Shown piece by piece: positions 9,030 to 19,019 of a DNA stretch of 64,000 nucleotides. Origin of the DNA: an uncultured candidatus Porisulfidus sp. (GTDB lineage: Bacteria > Pseudomonadota > Gammaproteobacteria > Poriferisulfidales > Poriferisulfidaceae); contig CBDASZ010000002.1 in NCBI GenBank assembly GCA_965199755.1, positions 128,001-192,000 of the forward strand. Reading direction: 5' to 3'. Within the stretch, counting starts at the first letter, position 1. Each line of letters begins with the position of its first letter. Both the position numbers and the translations under genes were made by a program. The notes under the pieces are model-generated. The model saw nothing but the letters and a program-made list of their open reading frames with translations. It was not told the origin of the DNA and ran no database searches.

Positions 9030-10409
9030 ATGTACGCCATGAACTCGTCGTGTTTTCTAAAAGGATGCCGAGGCCTTGCATGGCTTGTCTTCGGTGCTTT
9101 GCCTGTGCTCGCCCAGGCGAACGCTCCTGAAGTTTTCTCAAAGACTCTGGACAACGGGCTTGAGATTTTCGTGCAGCCCGACACCCGCGCTCCGGTGATC
9201 GTGCATCAAATCTGGTACGGCGTCGGTGCTGCGCACGAACCACCCGGACTGACTGGCATCAGCCACATGCTGGAGCACATGATGTTTCGCGGCACCCCTG
9301 AATATCCCGGCGAATCTTTCAGCCATGCGATCTCCGCCGCAGGCGGGCGCGACAACGCCTTCACCGGTCGCGACTATACCGCCTACTACCAGATCCTGAA
9401 CCGCGACAAACTGGAGCTGGCGCTGGAGATGGAGGCCGACCGCATGCTTAATGCGTCTCTTGATGCGACCGACTTTGCCGCCGAGCGCGAAGTGGTGATG
9501 GAAGAACGCCGACTGCGTACCGAGGATCAGCCAGAAGGTCTGGCCTTTGAACAATTGCAAGCAACCGCTTTTCAGAACCACCCTTACGGTCAGCCTGTAG
9601 TTGGCTGGATGGAAGATTTGCGCAACATCACGCTGGAACATCTGCGCGACTGGTATCAGCGCTGGTACACGCCGGGCAATGCCCGCGTCGTAGTGGTCGG
9701 CGATATTGAGCCGGAGGCGGTCTTCGGCATGGTGGAGAAGCATTTTGGAGACATTCCTGCCGGACAGCCACCGAGTTTGCCGACACGTAGCGAACCACTG
9801 CAGCGAGGCGCGCGTGAAGTGCGCATGCAACTGCCGGCGCAAACTGAATACGTGCTGATCGCCTTCAAGACTCCGGCACTTGCGCAACTGCCTGAAGCAC
9901 AGCAGTGGGAAGCCTACGCACTATCCATGCTGGCATCCGTGCTGGACGGCGGGGCAGCCGCACGTCTGCCGAAACGACTGGTGCGCGACCAGAAAATCGC
10001 CGCCAGTGCTGGCGCTTCTTTCGCCTTGTATACCGCACGCAATGGCATGTTCGTGCTCGACGGCACGCCGAGTGATGGGCACAGCGCCGAGGCCTTGCAT
10101 GAGGCCCTGCTTGACGAGATCGCGCAACTGAAAGACAACCCGGTGACGGAAGCCGAACTGCAACGTGCGCGCGCCCAGGTCGTGGCGCAAGCGATTTACG
10201 CGCAAGATTCACTGCGGCATCGCGCCTACATGCTGGGCATGCTAGAAACCAATGGGCTGGGCTGGGAAGCCGAACGCGAACTGATCGCGCGCTATCAAGC
10301 GGTCACCGCCGAGCAGGTGCAGGAAGTGGCGCTACGTTATTTCAGCGACCATGCCCGCACCACCGTAACCGTCGATCCAATTAAAACCGCCGCGCACCCC
10401 CTGCCCTGA
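9030..10409 (+). CDS. M16 family zinc peptidase, catalytic subunit
   Basis: HMLEH (inverted HxxEH), NAFT, EERRLR, HPY, signal peptide. Confidence 0.93.
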   Translation: MYAMNSSCFLKGCRGLAWLVFGALPVLAQANAPEVFSKTLDNGLEIFVQPDTRAPVIVHQIWYGVGAAHEPPGLTGISHMLEHMMFRGTPEYPGESFSHAISAAGGRDNAFTGRDYTAYYQILNRDKLELALEMEADRMLNASLDATDFAAEREVVMEERRLRTEDQPEGLAFEQLQATAFQNHPYGQPVVGWMEDLRNITLEHLRDWYQRWYTPGNARVVVVGDIEPEAVFGMVEKHFGDIPAGQPPSLPTRSEPLQRGAREVRMQLPAQTEYVLIAFKTPALAQLPEAQQWEAYALSMLASVLDGGAAARLPKRLVRDQKIAASAGASFALYTARNGMFVLDGTPSDGHSAEALHEALLDEIAQLKDNPVTEAELQRARAQVVAQAIYAQDSLRHRAYMLGMLETNGLGWEAERELIARYQAVTAEQVQEVALRYFSDHARTTVTVDPIKTAAHPLP

Positions 10410-11722
10410 TGCGCCTGCGGCCTTTTCTGAGCCTGACGCTAGCGGTTGGGCTTATCCCGACCCCCTCCTTTGCGGCACCACAAATCCAGCACTGGACCAC
10501 CTCGTCCGGTACCGCGGTCTACTTCACTGAAGCGCCACAAATTCCGATGCTGGACATCCAGTTGGTGGTGGACGCCGGCAATAGCCGAGACGGTGATCTG
10601 CCGGGCTTGTCGCGCATTACGCATGCGCTGCTGGAAACCGGTGCCGGTAACATGGACGCGGATACCATCGCGCAACGCCTTGAGGATGTCGGTGCTTCTT
10701 ACAGCACAGAGATCAAACTGGACCGCTCCGAGATCTCGTTGCGCACCCTGACCGAAGAGGACTGGAAGGTACAAGCACTCGACACCTACATCACGATACT
10801 CGGTGCGCCGGCTTTCACGTCGGACCAGATCGAACTGCGGCGGCAGCAAATGCTGGTGTCGCTGAAGAAACTCGACGAAGACCCCGGTGCGATCGCCTCG
10901 CAGTTGTTTTACGCCAATCTCTACCCCGGCCATCCTTACGGATCACCGGCCGCCGGCACCGAAGACTCGGTCAATGCGATTGACCGGGATGACATTGTGG
11001 GGTTTTATGAAGAGTTCTTTGCCGCCAAAGGGGCGGTCATCGCCATGATCGGCGCGATTGACCGCACACAGGCTGAAGCCATTGCCGAGCGCATCAGCGT
11101 GGCGCTCCCGCAAGGAGATGCGCCCACCGCCCTGCCCGCACCGGAACCGGTGCTGGAGGCGAAAACCATTCGCGTCGAGCACCCGTCAAAACAGGCACAC
11201 ATCCGTATCGGACAGCAAGGTGTCGCGCGCGGGCAAAAACAGCATTTCCCTGTCTATCTGGGCAATTTCACTTTGGGCGGTGGCGGCTTCTCGTCGCGCC
11301 TGCTGCAAGAGATTCGCACACGTCAGGGACTCGCCTATTCGGTATACAGCTATTTCTTCCCGATGCGTCATCGCGGACCGTTTCAACTGGGTTTGCAGAC
11401 GCGCGGAGACCAGGCCGAGCAAGCCTTGAGTTCAGCCTACGCCGAAGTGGAGCGCTTCGTCGCAAGCGGCCCCACTGCCGAGGAGTTGACACACAGCCGC
11501 AACAATCTGGTTCTGGGGTTTCCGCTGCGCATCGCGGACAACGCCAGCATGATCAACTATTTGGCGATGATCGGCTACTACGGCTTGCCGCTTGATTACC
11601 TTGACACCTGGACTAAGCGGGTCGAGGCCATCACTCATGAGCAGATCGTGGCCGCGTTTCAAGATACCCTCAACCCTGAACATCTCATCACGGTGGTCGT
11701 TGGTGGGCAAGGCCAGCCCTAA
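10409..11722 (+). CDS. M16 family peptidase, non-catalytic partner subunit
   Basis: No HxxEH. GGGGFSSRLLQEIR..GLAYSVYS. TGATG coupling to the upstream gene. Confidence 0.92.
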   Translation: MRLRPFLSLTLAVGLIPTPSFAAPQIQHWTTSSGTAVYFTEAPQIPMLDIQLVVDAGNSRDGDLPGLSRITHALLETGAGNMDADTIAQRLEDVGASYSTEIKLDRSEISLRTLTEEDWKVQALDTYITILGAPAFTSDQIELRRQQMLVSLKKLDEDPGAIASQLFYANLYPGHPYGSPAAGTEDSVNAIDRDDIVGFYEEFFAAKGAVIAMIGAIDRTQAEAIAERISVALPQGDAPTALPAPEPVLEAKTIRVEHPSKQAHIRIGQQGVARGQKQHFPVYLGNFTLGGGGFSSRLLQEIRTRQGLAYSVYSYFFPMRHRGPFQLGLQTRGDQAEQALSSAYAEVERFVASGPTAEELTHSRNNLVLGFPLRIADNASMINYLAMIGYYGLPLDYLDTWTKRVEAITHEQIVAAFQDTLNPEHLITVVVGGQGQP

Positions 11723-12290
11723 GCGCAACCCGCCCCGCCGCCTTCGCATCGTTGCCGGAACCTGGCGCGGGCGCTACATCAAGGTTCCTCCGCATCCGTC
11801 GGTTCGACCGACGCCCGCACGGGTGCGCGAGACGGTGTTTAACTGGCTGGCCGGAGAACTGGAAGGCGCACGCTGCCTTGACTTGTACGCCGGCAGCGGC
11901 GTACTGGGTTTTGAGGCGGCCTCACGCGGTGCGCAGTGCGTGACGCTGGTGGAACGCCATCGCGCCACCGCAAACTTTCTTCGCGCGCAAGCCGAAATAT
12001 TGCAAGCGCCGCAGGTGAAGATCGTGTGCGCCAATGCCCGCGACTATCTCGCGAAGCAGCCGAATCCTGTCGATATTGTGTTTCTGGACCCGCCATTCTC
12101 TGATGCGGAAGTCTCACTGGAGGCCGCCTGTGCGCAACTGGCCGCCAGTCCCTGTCTGAAACCCACATCTTTGGTTTATGTGGAGGCCCCGGCGAATCAA
12201 CAATGGAGCGCACCAGCGTCTTGGGAAGCCCTCAAGTCGCAGCAGGCCGGACAGGTCCGCTATCACCTGTTCACCACCTCCGCTAGATAG
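11703..12290 (+). CDS. rsmD: 16S rRNA m2G966 methyltransferase
   Basis: LRIVAGTWRGR, RPTPARVRETVFNWL, LDLYAGSGVLG, DPPF. Start approximate. Confidence 0.93.
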   Translation: MGKASPKRNPPRRLRIVAGTWRGRYIKVPPHPSVRPTPARVRETVFNWLAGELEGARCLDLYAGSGVLGFEAASRGAQCVTLVERHRATANFLRAQAEILQAPQVKIVCANARDYLAKQPNPVDIVFLDPPFSDAEVSLEAACAQLAASPCLKPTSLVYVEAPANQQWSAPASWEALKSQQAGQVRYHLFTTSAR

Positions 12291-12383
12291 CAAACCACGC
12301 TGATTTCGGCACATTCGGGAGCAAATGTCTGAAATTTATCACATCCGTACCCGTATAATGCGCCCAACACTAGGGCTTGAGCC

Positions 12384-12983
12384 ATGTTGAACCAGCTTGC
12401 ACAGCAGATTCTGCGCACCGACATTGCCGGTCTTCCGCTGGAGTGGATTGATTACCGGGATGCCATTCGGCTCTACTGTAGCGATCAGGTCGCCTATGTC
12501 AGCGGCCGCGACATCATGCGCATTCGCGGCGGCTACAACGCCGTGACCGGAAGACGCAGCGAGTTGATGCTGAACTCGATTATCTCGACCTTCGGCAGCC
12601 ACCAGCAGACGCGCCACAACTATACGCCGCCGCTGAACAACCCCACGCTGTTCAAGCGCGACGGCTGGCTATGCCTGTATTGCGGAGATTCCTTCGGCCG
12701 CCGGGATCTGTCCCGCGATCATGTGCGCCCGCTGAGTCTGGGTGGCAGTGACGAATGGAGCAACGTGGTCACCGCCTGCAAGCGCTGCAACAACCAAAAG
12801 GCCGGGCGAACCCCGGAAGACGCCGGCCTGAGCCTGCTAGCCGTACCGTTCGTGCCCACGCATGCGGAATATATCTATCTGCAGGGACGCCGCGTGCTGG
12901 CCGATCAGATGGAATTTCTGCGCGCGCACTTTCCGCGCAGCAGCCCGCTGCACGACCGCCGGTACCTGCAGGCCGTTCAGTGA
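12384..12983 (+). CDS. HNH endonuclease family protein
   Basis: RDGWLCLYCG..DHVRPLSLGG..WSNVVTACKRCNNQK. Confidence 0.9.
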   Translation: MLNQLAQQILRTDIAGLPLEWIDYRDAIRLYCSDQVAYVSGRDIMRIRGGYNAVTGRRSELMLNSIISTFGSHQQTRHNYTPPLNNPTLFKRDGWLCLYCGDSFGRRDLSRDHVRPLSLGGSDEWSNVVTACKRCNNQKAGRTPEDAGLSLLAVPFVPTHAEYIYLQGRRVLADQMEFLRAHFPRSSPLHDRRYLQAVQ

Positions 12984-13966
12984 CCACATCTTCGACCCCG
13001 TCCGTCGGGGTCATGATCAGTAACCTCGGCACTCCGCAAGCCCCCACTCCGGCGGCAGTACGCCGTTATCTGGCCGAGTTTCTTTCTGATCGGCGCGTCA
13101 TCGCGCTGTCACCGATCCTGTGGAAACCGATCCTGCACGGCATCATCCTGCGCACGCGCCCAAAAAAAAGCGCACGTCTGTACCAGAAAGTCTGGACCGA
13201 GCAAGGCTCTCCGCTACTGGTGCACAGCCGCGCCCAGCAAGCGGCGCTTAAAGAAGAACTGCAACGGCGCGGTCATGACATCCTGGTCGCGCTCGGCATG
13301 CGCTACGGCGAACCCTCTGTCGCGCAGGCGCTGGAAGAACTTGGCGCGGTCTCACACGTGATCGTGTTGCCGCTGTACCCGCAATTCTCCAACACCACCA
13401 CCGCCTCCACCTTCGATGCGCTCAACGCAGCCCTGAACCGGCAGCCCAACGCTCCGCAAGCCTCACTGATCGCCGGCTACGCCGATGACGCCGATTATCT
13501 CGACGCCTGCGTCTCGCATCTGCGCGAAGAACTGGGCAACTGCGACCCCGACACCCGGCTGCTGCTCTCCTTCCATGGTCTCCCGGCCGAATCCGAACAG
13601 CAAGGAGACCCGTATGCCAGTCAGTGCCGCGCGACCGCGCAGCGCATCGCCACCGCGATGGGGGTGCCGTGGGAACGGTGGGGATTGAGCTTCCAGTCGC
13701 GCTTCGGCCCCAAAAAATGGCTGACCCCTTACACCGATGACGTCTTACAACAATGGGCCGAAAGCGGCACCTCCGAAGTCGCAGTGTTCTGTCCTGGATT
13801 CTCGGCCGACTGTCTGGAGACGCTGGAGGAAATCGCGCAAGAAAGCCGGAAGGTCTTTCTTGAGGCCGGCGGACAGCAGTTCCACTACCTCTCCGCGCTC
13901 AATGAGCAGCCGCGCCATATTCATATGATGGCCAATCTGGTTGGCCGCTACCTTACATCTGCATAA
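12980..13966 (+). CDS. hemH: Ferrochelatase
   Basis: NLGTP, LPLYPQFS, SFHGLP, FQSRFG, DCLETLEEI. GTGA overlap with the HNH gene. Confidence 0.96.
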   Translation: MTTSSTPSVGVMISNLGTPQAPTPAAVRRYLAEFLSDRRVIALSPILWKPILHGIILRTRPKKSARLYQKVWTEQGSPLLVHSRAQQAALKEELQRRGHDILVALGMRYGEPSVAQALEELGAVSHVIVLPLYPQFSNTTTASTFDALNAALNRQPNAPQASLIAGYADDADYLDACVSHLREELGNCDPDTRLLLSFHGLPAESEQQGDPYASQCRATAQRIATAMGVPWERWGLSFQSRFGPKKWLTPYTDDVLQQWAESGTSEVAVFCPGFSADCLETLEEIAQESRKVFLEAGGQQFHYLSALNEQPRHIHMMANLVGRYLTSA

Positions 13967-13968
13967 GC

Positions 13969-14400
13969 ATGCCCCTGTTTACCTACATCGTCCTGTTCTT
14001 CCTGCTGGAATTGTTCCTCATCGTGATGGCGGCCGTGGAGCACGGCTGGGTGATCTTCTGGGGTGAGGTCGGCACCGCCATTCTGGGCTCCATACTGATC
14101 AGGTACGCGGGCACCCATCATCTGCGTCGACCTGACAATGAGGCGCTCGGCATGCAGCGCTATCTGGTGCTCACTTCCCGCGCGGCCAAAACTGCCACCG
14201 CGGGCTTGCTGTTGCTATTGCCAGGGTTTATCACAGATATTCTGGGCGCTGTCCTGTTGCTGAGTCCGCTGTTTCTGCTTGCAGGTCTGTTTCGTTCCGT
14301 TTGGCGCAAAAAGGTGGAGCCTCATAGCGACACACGCGGCCCGCGCATTGTCGACGGTGAAGTGGAACATCCCCCTCAAAAAAGGATCGACAAGTCCTGA
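13969..14400 (+). CDS. fxsA: FxsA family membrane protein
   Basis: FFLLELF..AGLLLLLPGFITDILG, C-terminal IVDGE. Confidence 0.85.
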   Translation: MPLFTYIVLFFLLELFLIVMAAVEHGWVIFWGEVGTAILGSILIRYAGTHHLRRPDNEALGMQRYLVLTSRAAKTATAGLLLLLPGFITDILGAVLLLSPLFLLAGLFRSVWRKKVEPHSDTRGPRIVDGEVEHPPQKRIDKS

Positions 14401-14401
14401 A

Positions 14402-15430
14402 TCAGGCGGGGGCGCCGCCCGACTCCATAGGCTCCAGCAGATAGCACAGACAGTCTTGCGCGACAATGTCCTCGCGCAGCGTCAGCATGGACAGAAAAAA
14501 CGGACGCCGCACCAGCATCTCTTGCCCCCGATTCTCGAAGTAGACGTCGTACAAGTCCTGACCGTCCTCACCTTCCACGTCCAGCCGGGGCGTGCGCGGC
14601 TGACCCCAGACGCCGAACTTCGTGCCTTCGGCGAGCCGCTGGAAGTTCTGCTCGACTAACTCCGGGTAGACCCGACACTCGGCCTCGGCATCCTGAAAAC
14701 TGAAACGCATGCCATGAGGGATGCGCACTCGCGCCTTGGTGCGATAGATTTCCAGCTCCTCCGATGAGGTCGCGGAGGCTTTTGGCATTCCCTCGCGCAA
14801 GCACTGCAGCAGGTAGTCGCGCACATGCGCGATGCCCTCCGCGCTTCCCGGCAGACCGCACTCCACCGTAATTGCCGGACAAAACTGGCTGAACGCCATC
14901 GAATGCAACCCGTTGGGCGCTTGCAAGTAGATCATCATCGAGCTGAAGCGGCGCGCCAGATCCAGATGCGCGCGTTCCATGGTGCTGATGCAGGCGTAAT
15001 GCGGATTCGGGCCACTGGTGTTGTGAATGTCAATGCTGGCGATCGGTGCACGCGCGGAGACCTCCGCGACCACCTCACGAGTCATCTGATGCTCCGGGCT
15101 GTCGCCAGCGCCATCCCAGACCCGGTTATAGTCCTGCTGCCCGTCCAGGACGCGCTGCGCCGAGGCCGCCGCCGCCACATTGCCAATAAACAGGGATAGC
15201 GCGCGCGGCAAAGGGGTGTCGCCAAAATCCTGCAGGATCTCGCGCACCGCGAGCCAGCCGGTCGTCTCGTTGCCGTGCAGCAGTACGGACACATGCAAGA
15301 GTTCCGGGCGCTCACCCGGCAAATGAATCAGTGTCGGGCCTGTGAGGACTTCGTGCAATTCCGAGGCCGAGCGTGACAACAGCCCTTCCGGGATCTGCGT
15401 GAGGATCTGCAGCATGCTCAAAGCATCCAC
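14402..15430 (-). CDS. M14-like succinylglutamate desuccinylase/aspartoacylase family hydrolase
   Basis: HGNE, DYNRVW, IDIHN, TVECG. Confidence 0.85.
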   Translation of the reverse strand: MDALSMLQILTQIPEGLLSRSASELHEVLTGPTLIHLPGERPELLHVSVLLHGNETTGWLAVREILQDFGDTPLPRALSLFIGNVAAAASAQRVLDGQQDYNRVWDGAGDSPEHQMTREVVAEVSARAPIASIDIHNTSGPNPHYACISTMERAHLDLARRFSSMMIYLQAPNGLHSMAFSQFCPAITVECGLPGSAEGIAHVRDYLLQCLREGMPKASATSSEELEIYRTKARVRIPHGMRFSFQDAEAECRVYPELVEQNFQRLAEGTKFGVWGQPRTPRLDVEGEDGQDLYDVYFENRGQEMLVRRPFFLSMLTLREDIVAQDCLCYLLEPMESGGAPA

Positions 15431-16848
15431 TCATGCACAGGCCGGCCTTCCTGCTGGCGCTTCAGATACGCGCCCACCAGCGACTGCACATTGCCATCAT
15501 GGGCGTAATGCCACGCCCGCATCCAGCGCGCGCCCGTCATGCGTCGTGTGACGCGCTGCTCGATGATGTCCAGATAACGATCGGCCTCGGCGCTCGCCAG
15601 ACCGCTGGCACGCAAGCCGCTGCGCGCCATCGGCAGCATTTCCTGCAGCAGCAGGTCCCGCATCAGATATTCCTGACCGCCGCACCAGGTGACGCGGGAA
15701 TCCAGACCCGACTGCGCGGCGCGATAGAAATTCTCCCGTGCCTGCTCGAAAGGAATCTTCGACACCAGATCCTCGCCATTCTCCAGAATCGCCATCAGCA
15801 TGCCGAGGAAAAACGCGGTATTGGCGATCATATCCACCTGGGTCGGGCCGGCCGGCATCACCCGATGCTCGATCCGCAGATGCGGGGTCGGAGTGTCCAG
15901 ACCCATCAACGGGCGCGTCCAGCGCCAGATCGTACCGTTGTGCAGCCTCAAATGGCGGAACTCCTCGGCGGGATTGCTGTAAGGAAGCGGCAGAATCACC
16001 GGGAAGGCGGCTAGATTCTCGTCGAAAAACTCCATCAGCGACTCACCCGCGTAACCGCTGCCGCAACTGACCCGACCAATTTGTCTGTCATCGCGGGAAC
16101 TGAGGTTGCCCAAGCTGACCGACTGCTCAAACAGCGGAATGCGGGTCTCCTCCCACAAGTCCATGCCGAACAAAAACGGCGCGTTGCACGACACCGCCAC
16201 CGTGATCGGCGACAGCACCAGCGACGCATTGTAGGCTTCCACAGAACGCGACTGCGGCACCTGCACATGCACCTGAAACGAGGTGCAGGCCGACTCCAAC
16301 ATGACATCCTCATGCAGACTGCGCAGATGGTCGCGACCGCGAATGTCAATTTGCAGCGGACAACCCTTGCGCATCTCCATCACCCGTTCGTTCAGGGCGC
16401 GATAGCGATTCATCAGACTCATCCTATCGAGCGTAAGGTCATGCTCCTGCACGGTTGGCAGAATACCGATCATGCCCAGTTGCAGATCCATCGAATCAGC
16501 CACCGTATTAGCGTCGCGCCAAATCTCCGCCAACTGCTGCTGCAGGGTGTCGAACATCCCATCCCCCAAATCCACCGGCTCGGTATTGAACTCCACAATG
16601 AAACGCGACAACTCCGGCAAGCACAGCGGGCTGTTCATGCGCTCCAGATAAACCTCGTTGTGTGGCAGCGGGTGACAATCAAGGTCAATCAGCCAAGTCT
16701 CCAGCTCAAAGCCGACCCGATAATGTTCCTCGTCGAACTGACCGTCCTTGCACCAGCGCCGGAGCAAGTCGGTTTCCTGTTGCAGCGTCTTGTGGAAGCG
16801 CTGCACATCCGTCTCAGTAAATCGATCCGTGGCGATCTCATCACCCAT
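15418..16848 (-). CDS. Glutamate--cysteine ligase family 2 (GCS2)-like carboxylate-amine ligase
   Basis: GFELE, EFNT, SFQVHVQ, ETRIPLFEQ, HNGTIWRWTRP, LRIEHR. Confidence 0.85.
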   Translation of the reverse strand: MGDEIATDRFTETDVQRFHKTLQQETDLLRRWCKDGQFDEEHYRVGFELETWLIDLDCHPLPHNEVYLERMNSPLCLPELSRFIVEFNTEPVDLGDGMFDTLQQQLAEIWRDANTVADSMDLQLGMIGILPTVQEHDLTLDRMSLMNRYRALNERVMEMRKGCPLQIDIRGRDHLRSLHEDVMLESACTSFQVHVQVPQSRSVEAYNASLVLSPITVAVSCNAPFLFGMDLWEETRIPLFEQSVSLGNLSSRDDRQIGRVSCGSGYAGESLMEFFDENLAAFPVILPLPYSNPAEEFRHLRLHNGTIWRWTRPLMGLDTPTPHLRIEHRVMPAGPTQVDMIANTAFFLGMLMAILENGEDLVSKIPFEQARENFYRAAQSGLDSRVTWCGGQEYLMRDLLLQEMLPMARSGLRASGLASAEADRYLDIIEQRVTRRMTGARWMRAWHYAHDGNVQSLVGAYLKRQQEGRPVHEWML

Positions 16849-18142
16849 GAGTACTCTCCAGAGTCTTCATCAGCACCTTGGCATTGCGCTGGTTGTTGTA
16901 GAAGGCGCGGCGCGCGACCGGCAAGGAGCGCGGCGAGGATGACACGAAGCCATGACCCACAAACCAGTGCATGGCCTGCGTGGTCAGCGCGTACAGTTTA
17001 TTGATGCCCTGTTCCTGCGCGCGCAGGCAGGCGTCGTCCAGCAAGTTGCGACCAAACCCCTGCTTGCGATAGTCCGTGTGCACCGCCAGACACACCATCT
17101 CGGCATGCGTGGCGTCCAGCGGATGCAAGCACACGCAGGCGACGACCAGTCCGTCGATTTCAATCACTCGATAGTTCGCAAGTTGCGGCTCAATCTCTTC
17201 GCGGCTGCGCGCCACTAGCGCGCCTTGCTCGATCAGAGGGGCGATCAGGCTTTGAATGCCACCAATGTCGGCCACGCCCGCCTGCCGGGGCGCGGAGGGT
17301 TCCTCGCGCGTCAGCATGATGCCAGAGCCTGAGCGCGTGAACAACTCTTGCGGCAACACCCCGTCGCGCCGCGCGTCCAGCAAGTGAACACGTCCGACTC
17401 TGGCCAGACAGGCATCCACCGCACCTTGCAGCAAACGCCGCCATGTTGGTGTTAGACGCCGACGCCGCAACAGCGCGAGCGCGTCCGTGGCGGTCATCTG
17501 GCGGATTATGCCGCGGCGCGCACGCAAGGCCGTCTCGCCATGTAGATAAATCAACTTGTCCGCCGCCATTTCCTGCGCCACCGAACTCGCCAGCGTAATC
17601 GCGTCGAGGTTGAAAGCTTCACCGATCGGCGAGTATCCCAACGGCGGGATCAGCACGATCGCGCCATGCTCCAGTAGCGCGTCAATCGTCGCCACATCGA
17701 CCCGCCGCACCTCTCCAGTACGCTGGAAATCCACCCCGCCGCGTATACCGCGCGGGCGCGCCGCCACCAGATTGCCGCCCAAAACCCGCAACTGCATCCC
17801 GGCCATCGGCGTATTCATCAGGCCGCAAGACAGTCGGGTCTGAATTTCAGCATAGGCCGTGCCCGCCTCCGCGGCCACCTGCGGCATATCCGCCACCGGC
17901 GTGATCCGGCACCCTTCGTGGAACTGCGAACGCGACAGTACGCAATCCAGCCAGCTGCGGGTGCCAAACACCAGCACCACCCGCATCCCCAAGGCATGCA
18001 GTTGCGCGATGTCACTCAGCAGCGAGCGGGCACCCGGCGCTTCCAGCGCGGCGCTGTCGATGCACAGTACAACCCGCCGACCGCGGTGGGCGTGGATGTA
18101 CGGAACCGTGTGGCGGAACCGTTCCAGATCAAAGGTTTTCAT
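16841..18142 (-). CDS. argA: Amino-acid N-acetyltransferase (N-acetylglutamate synthase)
   Basis: FRHTVPYIHAHRG, GVDFQRTGEVRRVD, PLGYSPIGEAFNL, ELFTRSGSG, C-terminal GNAT domain. Confidence 0.93.
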   Translation of the reverse strand: MKTFDLERFRHTVPYIHAHRGRRVVLCIDSAALEAPGARSLLSDIAQLHALGMRVVLVFGTRSWLDCVLSRSQFHEGCRITPVADMPQVAAEAGTAYAEIQTRLSCGLMNTPMAGMQLRVLGGNLVAARPRGIRGGVDFQRTGEVRRVDVATIDALLEHGAIVLIPPLGYSPIGEAFNLDAITLASSVAQEMAADKLIYLHGETALRARRGIIRQMTATDALALLRRRRLTPTWRRLLQGAVDACLARVGRVHLLDARRDGVLPQELFTRSGSGIMLTREEPSAPRQAGVADIGGIQSLIAPLIEQGALVARSREEIEPQLANYRVIEIDGLVVACVCLHPLDATHAEMVCLAVHTDYRKQGFGRNLLDDACLRAQEQGINKLYALTTQAMHWFVGHGFVSSSPRSLPVARRAFYNNQRNAKVLMKTLESTHG

Positions 18143-18193
18143 GGGAGCGAAACTCTGTCGCAAGCGCCTATTTTATTGTAGACTTAATATGTA

Positions 18194-19012
18194 ATGTCGC
18201 TGGAAACTGTCTCTTCCCTGTATCCGTCTGCGGGGCCGCTCCGACCGCTGCAGGGACTCTGCCTGAAACATCGCTTGGTCGAACAAGGCAGTACGCAGCA
18301 ACCCTACCTGTACGCAAGCTACATCATGAGCGCCAATGGCGCGATTGCGCTGCCGACTTCCTCCGGCAAATGGGCGCGTCCGCGCACGCTCAGCGACCCG
18401 CGCGATTTGCAGTTTCTGTACGAATTGCTGATTCAGGCCGACTGCTTCATCACCAGCGGCAGCTACCTGCGCGATCTGCATCATGGTGAACTTGGCGATA
18501 TTCTGCAACTGACGCATCTGGAGCAATTCCCCTATCTGCACGAATACCGCGAACAGAATCACGAACATCCCTATCCTCAAATTCTGGCGATTAGCCACAA
18601 TCTGGACTTCCCGGTGCCCGCTCCCTGTGTTGCGCGAACGCGCATCCTCACGCCAGCCAATGCCGATGCCGAACGAGTGCGGGCGCTGGAGCACAAAGGC
18701 GTCACGGTGGTGCGCACCGAAGAGGAAGGTGCCCTCAGCTGCGACACCATCATGGCGGAATTACGCAAGATGGGCTGCCATACGGCTTATTTGCTGTGCG
18801 GTCCGGGCGTCGGCGCGCCACTCATGCAACACGGTCACGTGCGACGGCTTTATCTCAGTTGGCTGCACCGCCTGCACGGCGGCCATCCGGTGCTGACCAT
18901 CGGCTCTCATCTGACCGGTGAGGCACCGCTCGACATGACGCTCGGCGAGTTGTATCAAATGGAAGAGCGCGACGGTCTGCCGGGACTGTGGCTCGGATAT
19001 TTCGAACTATAG
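18194..19012 (+). CDS. RibD C-terminal (pyrimidine reductase/DHFR-fold) domain protein
   Basis: PYLYASYIMSANGAIA..D..F.ELLIQADCFIT; LLCGPGV..VRRLYLS. Confidence 0.7.
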   Translation: MSLETVSSLYPSAGPLRPLQGLCLKHRLVEQGSTQQPYLYASYIMSANGAIALPTSSGKWARPRTLSDPRDLQFLYELLIQADCFITSGSYLRDLHHGELGDILQLTHLEQFPYLHEYREQNHEHPYPQILAISHNLDFPVPAPCVARTRILTPANADAERVRALEHKGVTVVRTEEEGALSCDTIMAELRKMGCHTAYLLCGPGVGAPLMQHGHVRRLYLSWLHRLHGGHPVLTIGSHLTGEAPLDMTLGELYQMEERDGLPGLWLGYFEL

Positions 19013-19019
19013 TGTTTGA

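Noticed and set aside
12384-12983. HNH gene as a mobile homing endonuclease
   Set aside because: Host-like composition, coupled to hemH, and no intron or insertion boundaries.
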